NCBI GenBank assembly: GCA_904418995.1
Contig: CAJFQF010000001.1
Location: forward strand, 49,986 to 81,985
Reading direction: 5' to 3'
DNA length: 32,000 bases
From: Candidatus Heritagella intestinalis
Lineage (GTDB): Bacteria; Bacillota; Clostridia; Oscillospirales; Acutalibacteraceae
Position 1 is the first letter of the stretch. Every line of letters begins with the position of its first letter. Positions 7,475 to 17,045 of this stretch are shown here, one piece after another. Made by a program: the position numbers and the translations under genes. The notes beneath the pieces are model-generated. The model did not search any database and was not told where the DNA came from. It saw only the letters and a list, made by a program, of their open reading frames with translations.

Positions 7475-8146
7475 ATGAATCAATCCCTTTTTATCCGCAA
7501 TCTGTTTGACCTGAACCACTCGGCTGCCACTTCCCTGCTGGAAAAGTGCACCTACCCATGGGAAGCTTTGCCGGAAATCGGGGAGTTTATCCGTCAGATA
7601 GGGCCGGCCCTGCCGGAAAACGAGTATGAACAGCGTTGGTCCGGGGTGTGGATTCACCGCAGCGCCCGTTTGTACCCCAACTGCTATATCGGCGGCCCCT
7701 GCATTATCGGGGCCAATACCGAGGTGCGCCCCGGCGCTTTCATCCGGGCCAACGCCCTGGTGGGGAAGGATTGCGTTGTGGGCAACTCTACGGAATTAAA
7801 GAACGTGATTCTCTTTGACCATGTCCAGGTTCCCCACTACAACTATGTGGGGGATTCCATTTTGGGCTATCACGCCCATATGGGAGCCGGCGCCGTCACC
7901 TCCAACGTGAAGCAGGACCGGACTTTGGTTACGGTGAAAACCCCGGAGGGCCGGCTGGAAACCGGCCTGAAAAAGTTTGGCGCCATTCTGGGGGATCATG
8001 TGGAAGTGGGCTGCAATTCCGTTTTGAACCCGGGCACGGTTGTGGGCCGGGGCAGCCGGGTGTATCCCCTCTCCATGGTGCGTGGTCTGGTGCCGGAAGG
8101 GCACGTTTATAAAAATGCAGGGGAAATCGTGGAAATCCACTATTGA
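7475..8146 (+). CDS. Stand-alone left-handed beta-helix (hexapeptide repeat) protein, GlmU C-terminal-domain-like
   Basis: Imperfect hexapeptide repeats, e.g. IGGPCIIGANTEVRPGAFIRANALVGKDCVVGNSTELKNVILFD...VGCNSVLNPGTVVGRGSRV. There is no N-terminal nucleotidyltransferase domain. Confidence 0.7.
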   Translation: MNQSLFIRNLFDLNHSAATSLLEKCTYPWEALPEIGEFIRQIGPALPENEYEQRWSGVWIHRSARLYPNCYIGGPCIIGANTEVRPGAFIRANALVGKDCVVGNSTELKNVILFDHVQVPHYNYVGDSILGYHAHMGAGAVTSNVKQDRTLVTVKTPEGRLETGLKKFGAILGDHVEVGCNSVLNPGTVVGRGSRVYPLSMVRGLVPEGHVYKNAGEIVEIHY

Positions 8147-8179
8147 TAGGGGCTGCTTGACAGCGGGAGGAATGGTAAG

Positions 8180-9697
8180 ATGCAGGATATCAGCGTAGAA
8201 ATTGCCCGGCTGCTCCAATTTGGGATGCAGCGGGGCCTGCTGGAAAAGGCTGACTGCACCTATGCCGCCAACCGGATGCTGGCGGTGCTGGGTCTGGATG
8301 GCTGGGATGACGCGGTAGAACCGCCTGCGGAGGCCCTGGAAAGCCCGGCTCCCATTTTAGAGGCGATTTTGGACTGGGCCTATGAGACTGGACGGTTAGA
8401 GGGGAATACCGACCCTTATCGGGATGTGCTGGATACGGAGCTGATGGACTGCATGATGCCCCGGCCTTCAGAGGTGATCCGGCGGTTTTATGCGCTGTAT
8501 GAGGAGGACCCCCAAGCGGCCACAGCGTATTATTATCAGCTGAGCCGCAGCTCTCACTATATCCGCACGGACCGTGTGGCCCGGGATGAGCGCTGGACGG
8601 TACCCACTGCATACGGGAATTTGGTGATCACCATCAACCTCTCCAAGCCGGAGAAGGACCCCAAAGCTATCGCAGCCGCCCGGAACCTTCCCCAGGCTGG
8701 CTATCCCAAGTGCGCCCTGTGCCGGGAAAACGAGGGGCTGAAAGGGAACCTTTCCCAAGCGCCCCGGGCTAACCACCGGTTGATTCCTTTGAAGCTGCTG
8801 GGGGAGGAGTGGTTTCTCCAATATTCCCCCTATGTGTACTATAACGAGCACTGCATTGTGCTCAACAAAGAACATACCCCCATGAAGGTCGATCGGGACT
8901 CCATGGCCCGGCTGGTGGACTTTGTGCGCCAGTTTCCCCACTACTTTATCGGCTCCAACGCCGACCTGCCCATTGTGGGGGGCTCTATTTTGAGCCATGA
9001 CCATTTCCAGGGCGGCCGGTACGAGTTTCCCATGGCCAAAGCGCCTATCCGGGAGGAAATCACCTTCTGGGGGTTTGAAGATGTGTCTGCGGGAATCGTC
9101 CGCTGGCCTATGTCCGTGCTGCGCCTGCGCAGTGAGGACAAGGAGCGCCTGCTGGATTTGGCGGAAATAATCTTGAAGCAGTGGCGGGATTATACCGATG
9201 CCTCCGTGGGAATTTACGCCCATACAGACGCGCCCCACAATACCATCACTCCTATCTGCCGGATGCGGGAAGGGGCCTTTGAACTGGATTTGGTGCTTCG
9301 GAACAACCGCACCACCCCGGAGCATCCTTTGGGGCTTTTTCATCCCCACCAGGAGTACCACCACATTAAAAAGGAAAACATCGGCCTGATTGAAGTCATG
9401 GGGTTGGCCATCCTGCCGGCCCGGTTAAAAAAGGAGCTGGCCCTGGTAGAGGAAGCTCTCGCCCATCCGGAGCGGGAAGGGGAGATTTTCTCCCAAAAGG
9501 CCATGGAGCCCCACTATGACTGGTACTGTCAGCTGAAAGAAAAAGCCCCGGTTCCGGGACAGGTTCATGGGCTGGTACAGCAGGAGGTGGGCCGGGTGTT
9601 CTGTGAGATTCTGAGTAACGCCGGGGTCTTTAAGGATACCGAAGAGGGCCGGGAGGCCTTTGGGCGGTTCTGCCAGCAGGTGAACCGGAGTTTATAA
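8180..9697 (+). CDS. galT: UDP-glucose--hexose-1-phosphate uridylyltransferase (type 2 GalT, about 500 aa)
   Basis: Length and sequence are typical of Firmicutes family-2 GalT, e.g. GGSILSHDHFQGG and NEHCIVLNKEH. Confidence 0.88.
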   Translation: MQDISVEIARLLQFGMQRGLLEKADCTYAANRMLAVLGLDGWDDAVEPPAEALESPAPILEAILDWAYETGRLEGNTDPYRDVLDTELMDCMMPRPSEVIRRFYALYEEDPQAATAYYYQLSRSSHYIRTDRVARDERWTVPTAYGNLVITINLSKPEKDPKAIAAARNLPQAGYPKCALCRENEGLKGNLSQAPRANHRLIPLKLLGEEWFLQYSPYVYYNEHCIVLNKEHTPMKVDRDSMARLVDFVRQFPHYFIGSNADLPIVGGSILSHDHFQGGRYEFPMAKAPIREEITFWGFEDVSAGIVRWPMSVLRLRSEDKERLLDLAEIILKQWRDYTDASVGIYAHTDAPHNTITPICRMREGAFELDLVLRNNRTTPEHPLGLFHPHQEYHHIKKENIGLIEVMGLAILPARLKKELALVEEALAHPEREGEIFSQKAMEPHYDWYCQLKEKAPVPGQVHGLVQQEVGRVFCEILSNAGVFKDTEEGREAFGRFCQQVNRSL

Positions 9698-9711
9698 TCG
9701 AGGAATCAGGA

Positions 9712-9754
9712 GCGCGCGCCGCAGAATTGCAAGCTGTGGCGCGCTTTTTATTTT
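9712..9754 (+). terminator. Rho-independent terminator after galT
   Basis: GCGCGCCGCAG-loop-CTGTGGCGCGC (one G-U pair) followed by TTTTTATTTT. Confidence 0.7.
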
Positions 9755-9850
9755 GGGAAATTTTAGCTTCTTGGAAGGGGGTAGGAATTTTTTCCAAAAA
9801 CGATGTTTCTTGTGACAACATCTATATAGAAAATGGATAGGGCCAAAATC

Positions 9851-9879
9851 TTGAAATCGTAAATGCCAAATGGTAAAAT
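9851..9879 (+). promoter_or_regulatory. Sigma-70-like promoter of the repeat-protein gene
   Basis: TTGAAA - 17 nt - TAAAAT, about 85 nt upstream of ATG 9963. Confidence 0.5.
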
Positions 9880-9962
9880 AAATTACGGCTGGTATTTGTG
9901 GAGAGTCCTTTTAAAATGCACAGCCGTGAAAATTGAATTACCCTTGAGGAGGGAAAAAGAAG

Positions 9963-12623
9963 ATGTTCAAACACATGACAAAGAAGATTGTGGCGGGCGT
10001 CTTGTCGGCCCTGCTGCTGTCACAGGCGTTTGCACTGCCGGGCTTTGCGGTTGAAACTCCGGTTGAAAATGCAGCTCCCGTAGTGGCGGCGGAAACCGCG
10101 CAGGAACCCCAGCTGCAGAACGGCACGGCAGTGATTCCTGCCGGCTCCACGAAAGATGAGGTCGAAGAGATTCTCAACAAGACCCTGATTGCCAATTATG
10201 AAACCGTAGACACCCAGGATTTCCATTGGGAGTATTACTGCACTGGAAAAAACGGCTTGCTCACGAACGATGCTTGGGGCTCTATTGACGGCTTTACCAG
10301 CGAGAGAAAGGTAGTATTTGTTACCACTACCTTTACGCACCCCGCCCTGGCAGATAACAGCGACGGCAACTATCAGGTCCGGCTGGAAGGGATCGATACG
10401 GAAGTAACTCTGACCAAAGCGGCAAAGCTGTCCTCCTCCATTACGCTGCAGGAGGGCTGCACCGTAAAGCTGCCCTATAACGAGGACATGAGCGTCAACT
10501 ATGACGAGCTGCGCCGCCTGATTTTTGAAAACGTGGTGGAATCCACCACTCCGGAAGGGCTCACCCCGGATGATGTGACCATCGAGTATTACGCAACGGC
10601 TACCAGCGGCGCAGTGGGGGATTTGGGCAAAGCCTGGATGCCTCTGGAAGGCGGCAAAAACGGCCTGCTGACTTATCCCGCTATTTCTGCTGGAGAGCAG
10701 AAAATCCGGATTTCCTATGCAGGGACGGACACCATTTACGGCACTTCTGCTGAAACAGTTGTCACCATTGCCGAGCGCCCGGAAGCGGAAATCGAGCTGA
10801 ACCAGGGCTGCACGGTGAAGCTGCCCTATACAGAGGAAATCACCGTGGATTACAGCGCCCTGCGGGAGCTGATTTTCAACACGGTGGTGAAGTCCAGCAC
10901 GCCGGCCCTTACCGTCGATGATGTGACCATTGAATACTATGCGGAAAACATCATCTTGGGTAAGCCGGCGGGTACTCATGAATGGGCTCCGCTGGAGGGT
11001 GGCAGTATTAAAAACGACCTGGGTATCGCTTTGGAATATCCGGCTATCTCCGCAGGCGAGCAAAAGCTGCGCCTGGTGTGGGGAGGCAGCCAGGAGTATG
11101 CCCCCACCACAGTGGAATTTACCCTGACCGTTGCCGACCGGGAACAGCTCCAGTTCAATCTGAACGAAGGCCCTTATGAAGTGGGCATGGCCTTTGCGGA
11201 TGACCAGTCGTATGATTATAAGGCCACTGCGGAGGCAATTTACAACGCGGTAGTGGCTTCCACTTCTCCCATCGCCCTTTCCGCTGATGAGGTAACCGTG
11301 GAGTATAATGCCGACCCCACGGGGATTATCAACACCTTCAAGCCTCTGGATTATACCGATTTGGGCGGACTGGTGAAGTTCGGTACCGGCGAGTGGGAAA
11401 TCCGTATTTCCTGGAACGGGAATCGGGAACTCCGCGGGAATTCCGTTATTGTGAATGTAACCACAACAGACAGCCGGCTGGAAAGCGCAGTGGCCCTGAA
11501 GGAGGGCGTTTCCATTACCTACAATATGGACGCTTCTGTCATGAAGGCCGATTTGTTCAACAATGCCATCGACTGGGAGAACTCCACCCTTCCCGCGAAG
11601 GAAACCCTGCATGTGGACGACTTTACCTTTGCCTATTACGGGGAAAATGTACTGGGCGGAAATATCAACGGCGGTATCAAAAACTGGGCTCCCATTGAGG
11701 GCGGTACAGTCACCCTTCTGACCTATCCCCAGATGGGCGCCGGAGAGAACCAGCAAATTCGGATTTCTTATAACGGCAATGCCGACTACCGCCCCTCTGC
11801 CAACAGTGAAGGCACGGTGACGGTGGAAAAGGCCAAGGTCAGCGTGACCGTGCATTCCACCAATATCTATGCCGATGAGGCCGTGCCGGCGGATTTCATC
11901 ACCACCGACCCTGCCGATACCTTTGACCAGTATGTAATCTACGCCGGCGTGACCAGCAATGTGACCACTGGCCTGTATCTGGACCTGCCGGAGCGCTTCA
12001 CCGACAATGCCGTGATGAAGCTTCTGGACCCCATTGTGGAGAAGATTACTGGAAAAACCCTGACCCAAATGTTCAACGACGGTATTACCGTGGGTGAGCT
12101 GCGGGAGCTGTTCAGCACCCAGGAGCTTTTGGACCTGCTGGACAAGCTGAATATCGATACCGGCACATTTGGGAAGATTCTGGAAATCATCAATAAGCTT
12201 CCCTCGATTGTAGACAGCCTGCGGATTTCCTTCGGTACGCCCAATCGTGCAGGCCTGTACACGGTGGTAGCCGTTACGGACAACCCCAACTATAAGACCG
12301 GCGTGGGCATGGGCTTCCTGCTCACCAAAATGCGTCTGTCCGGCGCCAAGCTCACCTGGAATCAGGAGATTTCCGGCGGTAAGCTCACTGCGGAGCAGGC
12401 CAAGGATTTTGACTTTGGCGTAACCCTGTCCTATAATGGCGATGTAACCGTTGACCAGAGCAGCGTCCATTATCTGTATACGGGCTTCACTAATAAATGG
12501 AAGCTGTATTCCAGCACCACTACCCCGCCCACAGAGCCGGGCAGCTATATTGTGACGGTAGTGGTCTTGGGCGGCAACTATCTGGCGGCCCCCATTACCC
12601 GCACCTTTACCATCACCAAGTAA
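9963..12623 (+). CDS. Secreted modular repeat protein (886 aa): signal peptide, about five tandem 112-121 aa modules and a distinct C-terminal region
   Basis: Signal peptide MFKHMTKKIVAGVLSALLLSQAFA. The modules share the pattern ...L.EG..V.LPY......Y..L...IF..VV.S.TP......DDVTIEYY......W.PLEGG......YP.ISAGEQK.RI.... The C-terminus ...TEPGSYIVTVVVLGGNYLAAPITRTFTITK resembles MBG-type domain ends. There is no LPXTG, SLH or C-terminal TM segment. GGAGG lies 9 nt upstream. Confidence 0.85.
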   Translation: MFKHMTKKIVAGVLSALLLSQAFALPGFAVETPVENAAPVVAAETAQEPQLQNGTAVIPAGSTKDEVEEILNKTLIANYETVDTQDFHWEYYCTGKNGLLTNDAWGSIDGFTSERKVVFVTTTFTHPALADNSDGNYQVRLEGIDTEVTLTKAAKLSSSITLQEGCTVKLPYNEDMSVNYDELRRLIFENVVESTTPEGLTPDDVTIEYYATATSGAVGDLGKAWMPLEGGKNGLLTYPAISAGEQKIRISYAGTDTIYGTSAETVVTIAERPEAEIELNQGCTVKLPYTEEITVDYSALRELIFNTVVKSSTPALTVDDVTIEYYAENIILGKPAGTHEWAPLEGGSIKNDLGIALEYPAISAGEQKLRLVWGGSQEYAPTTVEFTLTVADREQLQFNLNEGPYEVGMAFADDQSYDYKATAEAIYNAVVASTSPIALSADEVTVEYNADPTGIINTFKPLDYTDLGGLVKFGTGEWEIRISWNGNRELRGNSVIVNVTTTDSRLESAVALKEGVSITYNMDASVMKADLFNNAIDWENSTLPAKETLHVDDFTFAYYGENVLGGNINGGIKNWAPIEGGTVTLLTYPQMGAGENQQIRISYNGNADYRPSANSEGTVTVEKAKVSVTVHSTNIYADEAVPADFITTDPADTFDQYVIYAGVTSNVTTGLYLDLPERFTDNAVMKLLDPIVEKITGKTLTQMFNDGITVGELRELFSTQELLDLLDKLNIDTGTFGKILEIINKLPSIVDSLRISFGTPNRAGLYTVVAVTDNPNYKTGVGMGFLLTKMRLSGAKLTWNQEISGGKLTAEQAKDFDFGVTLSYNGDVTVDQSSVHYLYTGFTNKWKLYSSTTTPPTEPGSYIVTVVVLGGNYLAAPITRTFTITK
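10110..11831 (+). repeat. Intragenic tandem repeats (about 340-360 bp units) encoding the protein modules
   Basis: Unit borders are at about 10110, 10431, 10779, 11142 and 11478, ending at 11831. Units 2 and 3 are clearly similar at the DNA level (GGCTGCACCGTAAAGCTGCCCTATAA vs GGCTGCACGGTGAAGCTGCCCTATAC). Confidence 0.75.
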
Positions 12624-12641
12624 ATTCCAGCATCTTACAAA

Positions 12642-12681
12642 ATGCCCCGGAGGGAATTCCCTCCGAGGCATTTCTGGTTTT
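12642..12681. terminator. Bidirectional terminator between convergent genes
   Basis: ATGCC(C)CGGAGGG-AATT-CCCTCCG(A)GGCAT followed by TTTCTGGTTTT. It lies between stops at 12623 (+) and 12691 (-). Confidence 0.65.
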
Positions 12682-12690
12682 CGGGCAGAT

Positions 12691-13683
12691 TTATCTTCTT
12701 TTTCCTCGGAAAACATAACCGTCCACTTTCTCGTCCTGGCCTTTCAGGGAGAAGATCAGGTTTTCGCAGGCAATGCGGATCATGTCCCGGAGGGATTCTT
12801 CGGAATAGAACCCGGCGTGGGGGGTGATAATGACGTTTTCCCGGCCCAGGAGGGGGTGGCCTTCCAGCTCGGGGTTTTCCTTCCACAGCAAATCCAAGCC
12901 GGCGGCCCGAACCCAGCCCTTGTCCAGGGCTTCGGCCAAGGCAGCTTCGTCTACGCTGCCGCCCCGGCCCAGGTTTAGGAAAATCGGGGAACGCCGGAGC
13001 TTTTGAAAGAATTCCCGATTGAAATAGTGGTAGGTCTCCGGGGACAAGGCCATGTGGTTGGAGATGACGTCTGCTGTCTCCTGGGCTTCTTCCGGGGTCA
13101 CCAGGCGGGCCCCCAGCGCTGCGGCCTCTTCCGGCGTGGCATGGTGGGAAACCACCTGAATCTGAAAGCCAAAGGCCGATGCCCGCTGGATAACGGCCCG
13201 ACTGATTTTCCCCAGGCCGAAGAGGCACAGGATTTGGCCTCCCAGACGGGGTGCTCGGGCCACCCGGTCGAACTCCCAGATCTCCTGTTCAATTTGGGAG
13301 ATGTAGGGCCGCAGGTTCCGCTCCAAGGCCAGCAGCAGGGCCATAGTGTGGTCGGCCACCACATCGGTGCAGTATTCCCGCACATGGCAGATGGATACCC
13401 CGGCTTTTTGGGCGGCGGGGATGTCCACCACATTATATCCGGTGGAGAGAAGGGAGACGCACCGTAGTCGGGGCGCGTGGGCCAGCAGGTCGGCGTCCAC
13501 CCGCTGGTAATCCGTGAGCAGGGCGTCCGCGTCCCGGAGGGCCTCGTATAATTCCTCTCGGGTGACGGTTTTGTGGGGCAATAGGGTGATTTGTGTGTCT
13601 GGCTCCCGGGAAAGGAGCTCTTTTTCATAGGAAAAACCCTGTTTTAGCAGTACAGGGCTGTAAACGGCGACGATTTTTGTCAT
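12691..13683 (-). CDS. D-isomer-specific 2-hydroxyacid dehydrogenase family protein (NAD-binding)
   Basis: MTKIVAVYSP... with Rossmann motif LFGLGKISRAV, then NLGRGGSVDE and ITPHAGF (Arg/Glu/His catalytic set). Start trimmed to ATG 13683, with GGAGGA 7 nt upstream. Confidence 0.85.
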   Translation of the reverse strand: MTKIVAVYSPVLLKQGFSYEKELLSREPDTQITLLPHKTVTREELYEALRDADALLTDYQRVDADLLAHAPRLRCVSLLSTGYNVVDIPAAQKAGVSICHVREYCTDVVADHTMALLLALERNLRPYISQIEQEIWEFDRVARAPRLGGQILCLFGLGKISRAVIQRASAFGFQIQVVSHHATPEEAAALGARLVTPEEAQETADVISNHMALSPETYHYFNREFFQKLRRSPIFLNLGRGGSVDEAALAEALDKGWVRAAGLDLLWKENPELEGHPLLGRENVIITPHAGFYSEESLRDMIRIACENLIFSLKGQDEKVDGYVFRGKRR

Positions 13684-13814
13684 AGCGATTCCTCCAAGGC
13701 AGGATGCCCTTATCATAGCACAAACGCTGTCTGGAGGAAAGCGTTTTTCGGGGAGAAAACAATAACGGGACATGAAGCTGCCGTGAAGTTTTTGAAAGGA
13801 TTTTTCGTTGCCTC

Positions 13815-13843
13815 TTGTGATTCTTGTGGATTTCTTCTATAAT
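13815..13843 (+). promoter_or_regulatory. Sigma-70-like promoter for the GH20 operon
   Basis: TTGTGA - 17 nt - TATAAT. Confidence 0.55.
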
Positions 13844-13925
13844 GAAGGCAAGCGAATAAAAGACGCTGTGAACCGGGATTTTTTCCGGATTCCAGAAAAG
13901 TTTTCCATTATAGGAGGATGTTTCC

Positions 13926-15809
13926 ATGCTGAAGTTCACGTTTGCAGAACTCCCTCAGGAGTACCGCCCCGGGCTGGAAGCCCTGGCTCCGGAAATCGGC
14001 CTGTGCGAAAGCCTTGACGGTATGCCTGTCTATGTTAAAAGCGGGGAAGGGGTATCCCTTTGCCGGGAAGGGGAGGCCTTTGTCCTTTCCTGCGCCGGGA
14101 AATCGGAGTTTTTCCGGGGCCTGACCCTGCTGTGCCGGTATGCGAAAGAAGGGGAGGTGTCTGTTTCGGAAACGCCCCGGTTTGACAAATGCGGCCTCAT
14201 GCCCGATTGCTCCCGCAATGCCGTGCTCAAGCCGGACTCCGTAAAATACCTGCTGCGCCGTATGGCCCTGGCGGGGATGAACTGGATGATGCTCTATACG
14301 GAGGATACCTATACTGTGCCGGAGCGCCCCTATTTCGGCTATCTCCGGGGCCGCTATTCCTTTGAAGAGCTGAAAGGCCTGGACGACTATGCCGATATGC
14401 TGGGCATTGAGATGATTCCCTGCATCCAGACCCTGGCCCATTTGGAGCGTGCTCTCCAATGGCCGGTGATGGCGGAGTATCGGGATACCGACGATGTGCT
14501 GCTTACCGGGGAGCGCGAGCCCAAAACCTATGAGTTTATCCGGCAGTGTATCCGGGCGGCCAGCGCTCCTTTCCGCTCCAAGCGCATCCACATCGGCATG
14601 GATGAAGCCTATTGGATGGGCCGAGGCCAGTACCTGAATAAGTACGGCTACGCCTCCAAGGTGGAGCTTATGCGCAATCACCTGAAGCTGGTGAAGGAAA
14701 TCCTGGACGAAGAAGGCCTGGAGGCCATGATGTGGAGCGATATGCACTTCACCGCTGCCCGGGACGAAGGCGTTTATCACCCGGACTGCATCCTGACCCC
14801 GGAAATTCTGGCTGCCGCTCCGGAGAATATCGGCCTGGTGTATTGGGATTATTACCACGAGGACAACGCCTCCTATGCCAATATGCTGCAAAAGCACGCC
14901 CAGTTTAAGGCCAAGACCATATTTGCAGGAGGCATCTGGACCTGGTGCGGGCCTGCCGCCGATTACCGCAAGACCCTGGCCGCCACCCTGCCCGCCCTGG
15001 AAGAGTGCGTCAAGGCCGGGGTGAAGGAAGTCTTCGCCACCTGCTGGGGGGACGACGGCGCAGAGTGCAGCCTGTATACCCTCCAGTATGGCCTTGCGAT
15101 TTTTGGCGAGTACAACTATACCGGTCATTGGGACGCCGAAGAAGCGGAAAAGCGCTTCCGGGCTTCTTCCGGTATGGATGCCCAGGCGTTTTTGACCATA
15201 TCCAAGCTCAACGAGCTGCCGGGCCTGGTGCGCCAGCCCAACAGCACCGCTAACCCTTGCCGGGTGCTCCTCTATGAGGACCCGCTGTTGCCCCTGTTTG
15301 AGGCAGACCTACCCCGCAATGAGGAATATATCCCCTATTACGAGGAATTGGCTGCAAAATTCGAGGCCTTTGCCCGGGAAAATGAGCCCATGCACCTTCA
15401 GCTGGAAGCCTATGCCTGCATGGCCCGCGCCCTGGTTCTCAAGTGCCGCTGGCGGATGGCTGCCGCCCCGGCTGTGCGCAATGGCGACCGCCAGGCCGCA
15501 AAAGAGCTGCTTTCCCTGGCGGAAGAAAACCTGGAAGCCCTTCGTGCCCTGCGCCGGGCCTGGTACAACCAGTGGATGGCAGTGAACAAGCCCTTTGGCT
15601 TTGAGGTGCTGGATATTCGCCTTGGCGGCGCCATTGCCCGGTTTGAGACGGCTCGGGACCGTATGGCGGAATTTGCCCAGGGCCTTCTGGAGGACATCCC
15701 CGAGCTGCGGGAAGAAAAACTCCCCTATCAGACCGATGAAGAGGGGCAGTATGTGTGCCGGAACCTGTGGGCCCACATGGTAACCCCCAGCCGCATGGGA
15801 CAGGAATAA
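13926..15809 (+). CDS. Glycoside hydrolase family 20 beta-N-acetylhexosaminidase-like protein (no signal peptide)
   Basis: GH20 catalytic signature HIGMDEA (D-E pair) and a TIM-barrel-type region (GLMPDCSRNAV..., MMLYTEDTY). AGGAGG lies 8 nt upstream. Confidence 0.8.
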   Translation: MLKFTFAELPQEYRPGLEALAPEIGLCESLDGMPVYVKSGEGVSLCREGEAFVLSCAGKSEFFRGLTLLCRYAKEGEVSVSETPRFDKCGLMPDCSRNAVLKPDSVKYLLRRMALAGMNWMMLYTEDTYTVPERPYFGYLRGRYSFEELKGLDDYADMLGIEMIPCIQTLAHLERALQWPVMAEYRDTDDVLLTGEREPKTYEFIRQCIRAASAPFRSKRIHIGMDEAYWMGRGQYLNKYGYASKVELMRNHLKLVKEILDEEGLEAMMWSDMHFTAARDEGVYHPDCILTPEILAAAPENIGLVYWDYYHEDNASYANMLQKHAQFKAKTIFAGGIWTWCGPAADYRKTLAATLPALEECVKAGVKEVFATCWGDDGAECSLYTLQYGLAIFGEYNYTGHWDAEEAEKRFRASSGMDAQAFLTISKLNELPGLVRQPNSTANPCRVLLYEDPLLPLFEADLPRNEEYIPYYEELAAKFEAFARENEPMHLQLEAYACMARALVLKCRWRMAAAPAVRNGDRQAAKELLSLAEENLEALRALRRAWYNQWMAVNKPFGFEVLDIRLGGAIARFETARDRMAEFAQGLLEDIPELREEKLPYQTDEEGQYVCRNLWAHMVTPSRMGQE

Positions 15810-15876
15810 ATGAAGGAGTAAACCGGGCGGAGGCGCCCTCTGTCCGGATGCCTATTCAATTGGAGATGTTTGTCAA

Positions 15877-16842
15877 ATGGAAAAAAAGATGCTCCTTTCC
15901 CCCAACGGGAATTTTTATAAAGCCAACCTTCACTGCCATTGCACCGTGTCCGACGGCCAGTGGACCAGCTGGCAGGTGAAGGAGGAATATCAAAAGCAGG
16001 GGTACTCCATTATCGCCTTTACGGACCATATGGATTACCGCCGCCACACCACCCTGGATGATGATTCCTTCCTGACCATCGGGGCCTTTGAGGCCAATAT
16101 TGACGCGCCGGCGGAGCAGTATCCCGACTGGAATACCCGGCCTGTGTATCACCTGAATTTTTATGACACCCGCCCCGAAGGCCGGGACTGCGCGAAGGTG
16201 CCCATGCCGGAGCAGGTGTACACCATTGAGAATGTCAACGCCTATATTAAGGCCCGGAAGGACGAGGGGTTCCTCTGCTGTTATAACCATCCCTGGTGGA
16301 GCGTGCAGACTTATGAGGACTATGCCCCTCTGGAAAACCTGGACTTTTTCGAGATCTACAACTATGGCTGCGAGGTAGAGGGGATGAACGGCTATGCGCC
16401 CCAGGCCTATGACGAGCTGCTGCGTACTGGACATCGCGTCAGCTGTTTTGCCACAGATGACAACCACGACCGTTCTCCTTTGGGGGACCCCCGCAATGAT
16501 TCCTTCGGCGGGTTCACCATGATTCAGGCAGAGAGACTGACTTATGACGCGGTCATCAAGGCCCTGGTGGAAGGCCGCACCTATGCCAGCATGGGGCCCC
16601 TGATCCACGGCCTCTGGCTGGAAGGAAACCGCCTGACCATCCAGTGCGGCCCGGTGGAGAGAATAGGTCTCATTACCCAGGGCCGCGACGGTCAGTGGGC
16701 CTTTGCAAATCCCGGGGAGAGCCTGACGGAGGCTTCCTTTGAGCTTACCGGGGACGAGGGTTATGTGCGTTTGCAGCTTCGTGACGCCGGGGGCCTGTAT
16801 GCCAACACCAACGCTTATTTTGTAAAGGAGCTGCTGGGCTGA
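15877..16842 (+). CDS. PHP-domain metal-dependent phosphoesterase family protein
   Basis: N-terminal PHP motif ANLHCHCTVSDG, then AFTDH, YNHPWW and ATDDNHD metal-ligand-like motifs. Confidence 0.7.
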   Translation: MEKKMLLSPNGNFYKANLHCHCTVSDGQWTSWQVKEEYQKQGYSIIAFTDHMDYRRHTTLDDDSFLTIGAFEANIDAPAEQYPDWNTRPVYHLNFYDTRPEGRDCAKVPMPEQVYTIENVNAYIKARKDEGFLCCYNHPWWSVQTYEDYAPLENLDFFEIYNYGCEVEGMNGYAPQAYDELLRTGHRVSCFATDDNHDRSPLGDPRNDSFGGFTMIQAERLTYDAVIKALVEGRTYASMGPLIHGLWLEGNRLTIQCGPVERIGLITQGRDGQWAFANPGESLTEASFELTGDEGYVRLQLRDAGGLYANTNAYFVKELLG

Positions 16843-17045
16843 CGGGAAGCCCCTAAAGGAAAAGCTTTTGCGTAAGCCGCCCCTGCGGTGCCTCTCAAAC
16901 CGGGAGGCCGGCAGTGGGCGGCATATGCCTTTATGGAGGGAAATCAGGCATAGCGCTGCGCTGGGGAAACGGCGAAAACCCCTGAAACTGCGGGAGAATT
17001 TGCACAATTGGGGCGTCAGGCTCCAAGGGAATGGGGGAAATTGTA

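Noticed and set aside
10020-12716. 898-aa ORF antisense to the whole repeat-protein gene
   Set aside because: Its composition is typical of an antisense shadow in GC-rich coding DNA (rich in G/H/Q/R/I, with no motifs). It has no SD and runs through the bidirectional terminator. The plus-strand frame has a signal peptide, an SD and a coherent repeat architecture.
13908-15128. Long antisense or out-of-frame ORFs overlapping real genes. This one is 406 aa, opposite GH20. Others are 741..1649, 1541..2344, 3464..4687, 5486..6271, 6794..7657, 8468..9364, 15856..17007, 17223..17789, 18371..18949, 25301..26164, 26315..27730, 28133..29167 and 30080..31060.
   Set aside because: All of them overlap confidently identified genes on the other strand or frame. 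They lack an SD and have Gly/Arg/Pro/His-rich junk composition, as expected from high-GC codon bias.
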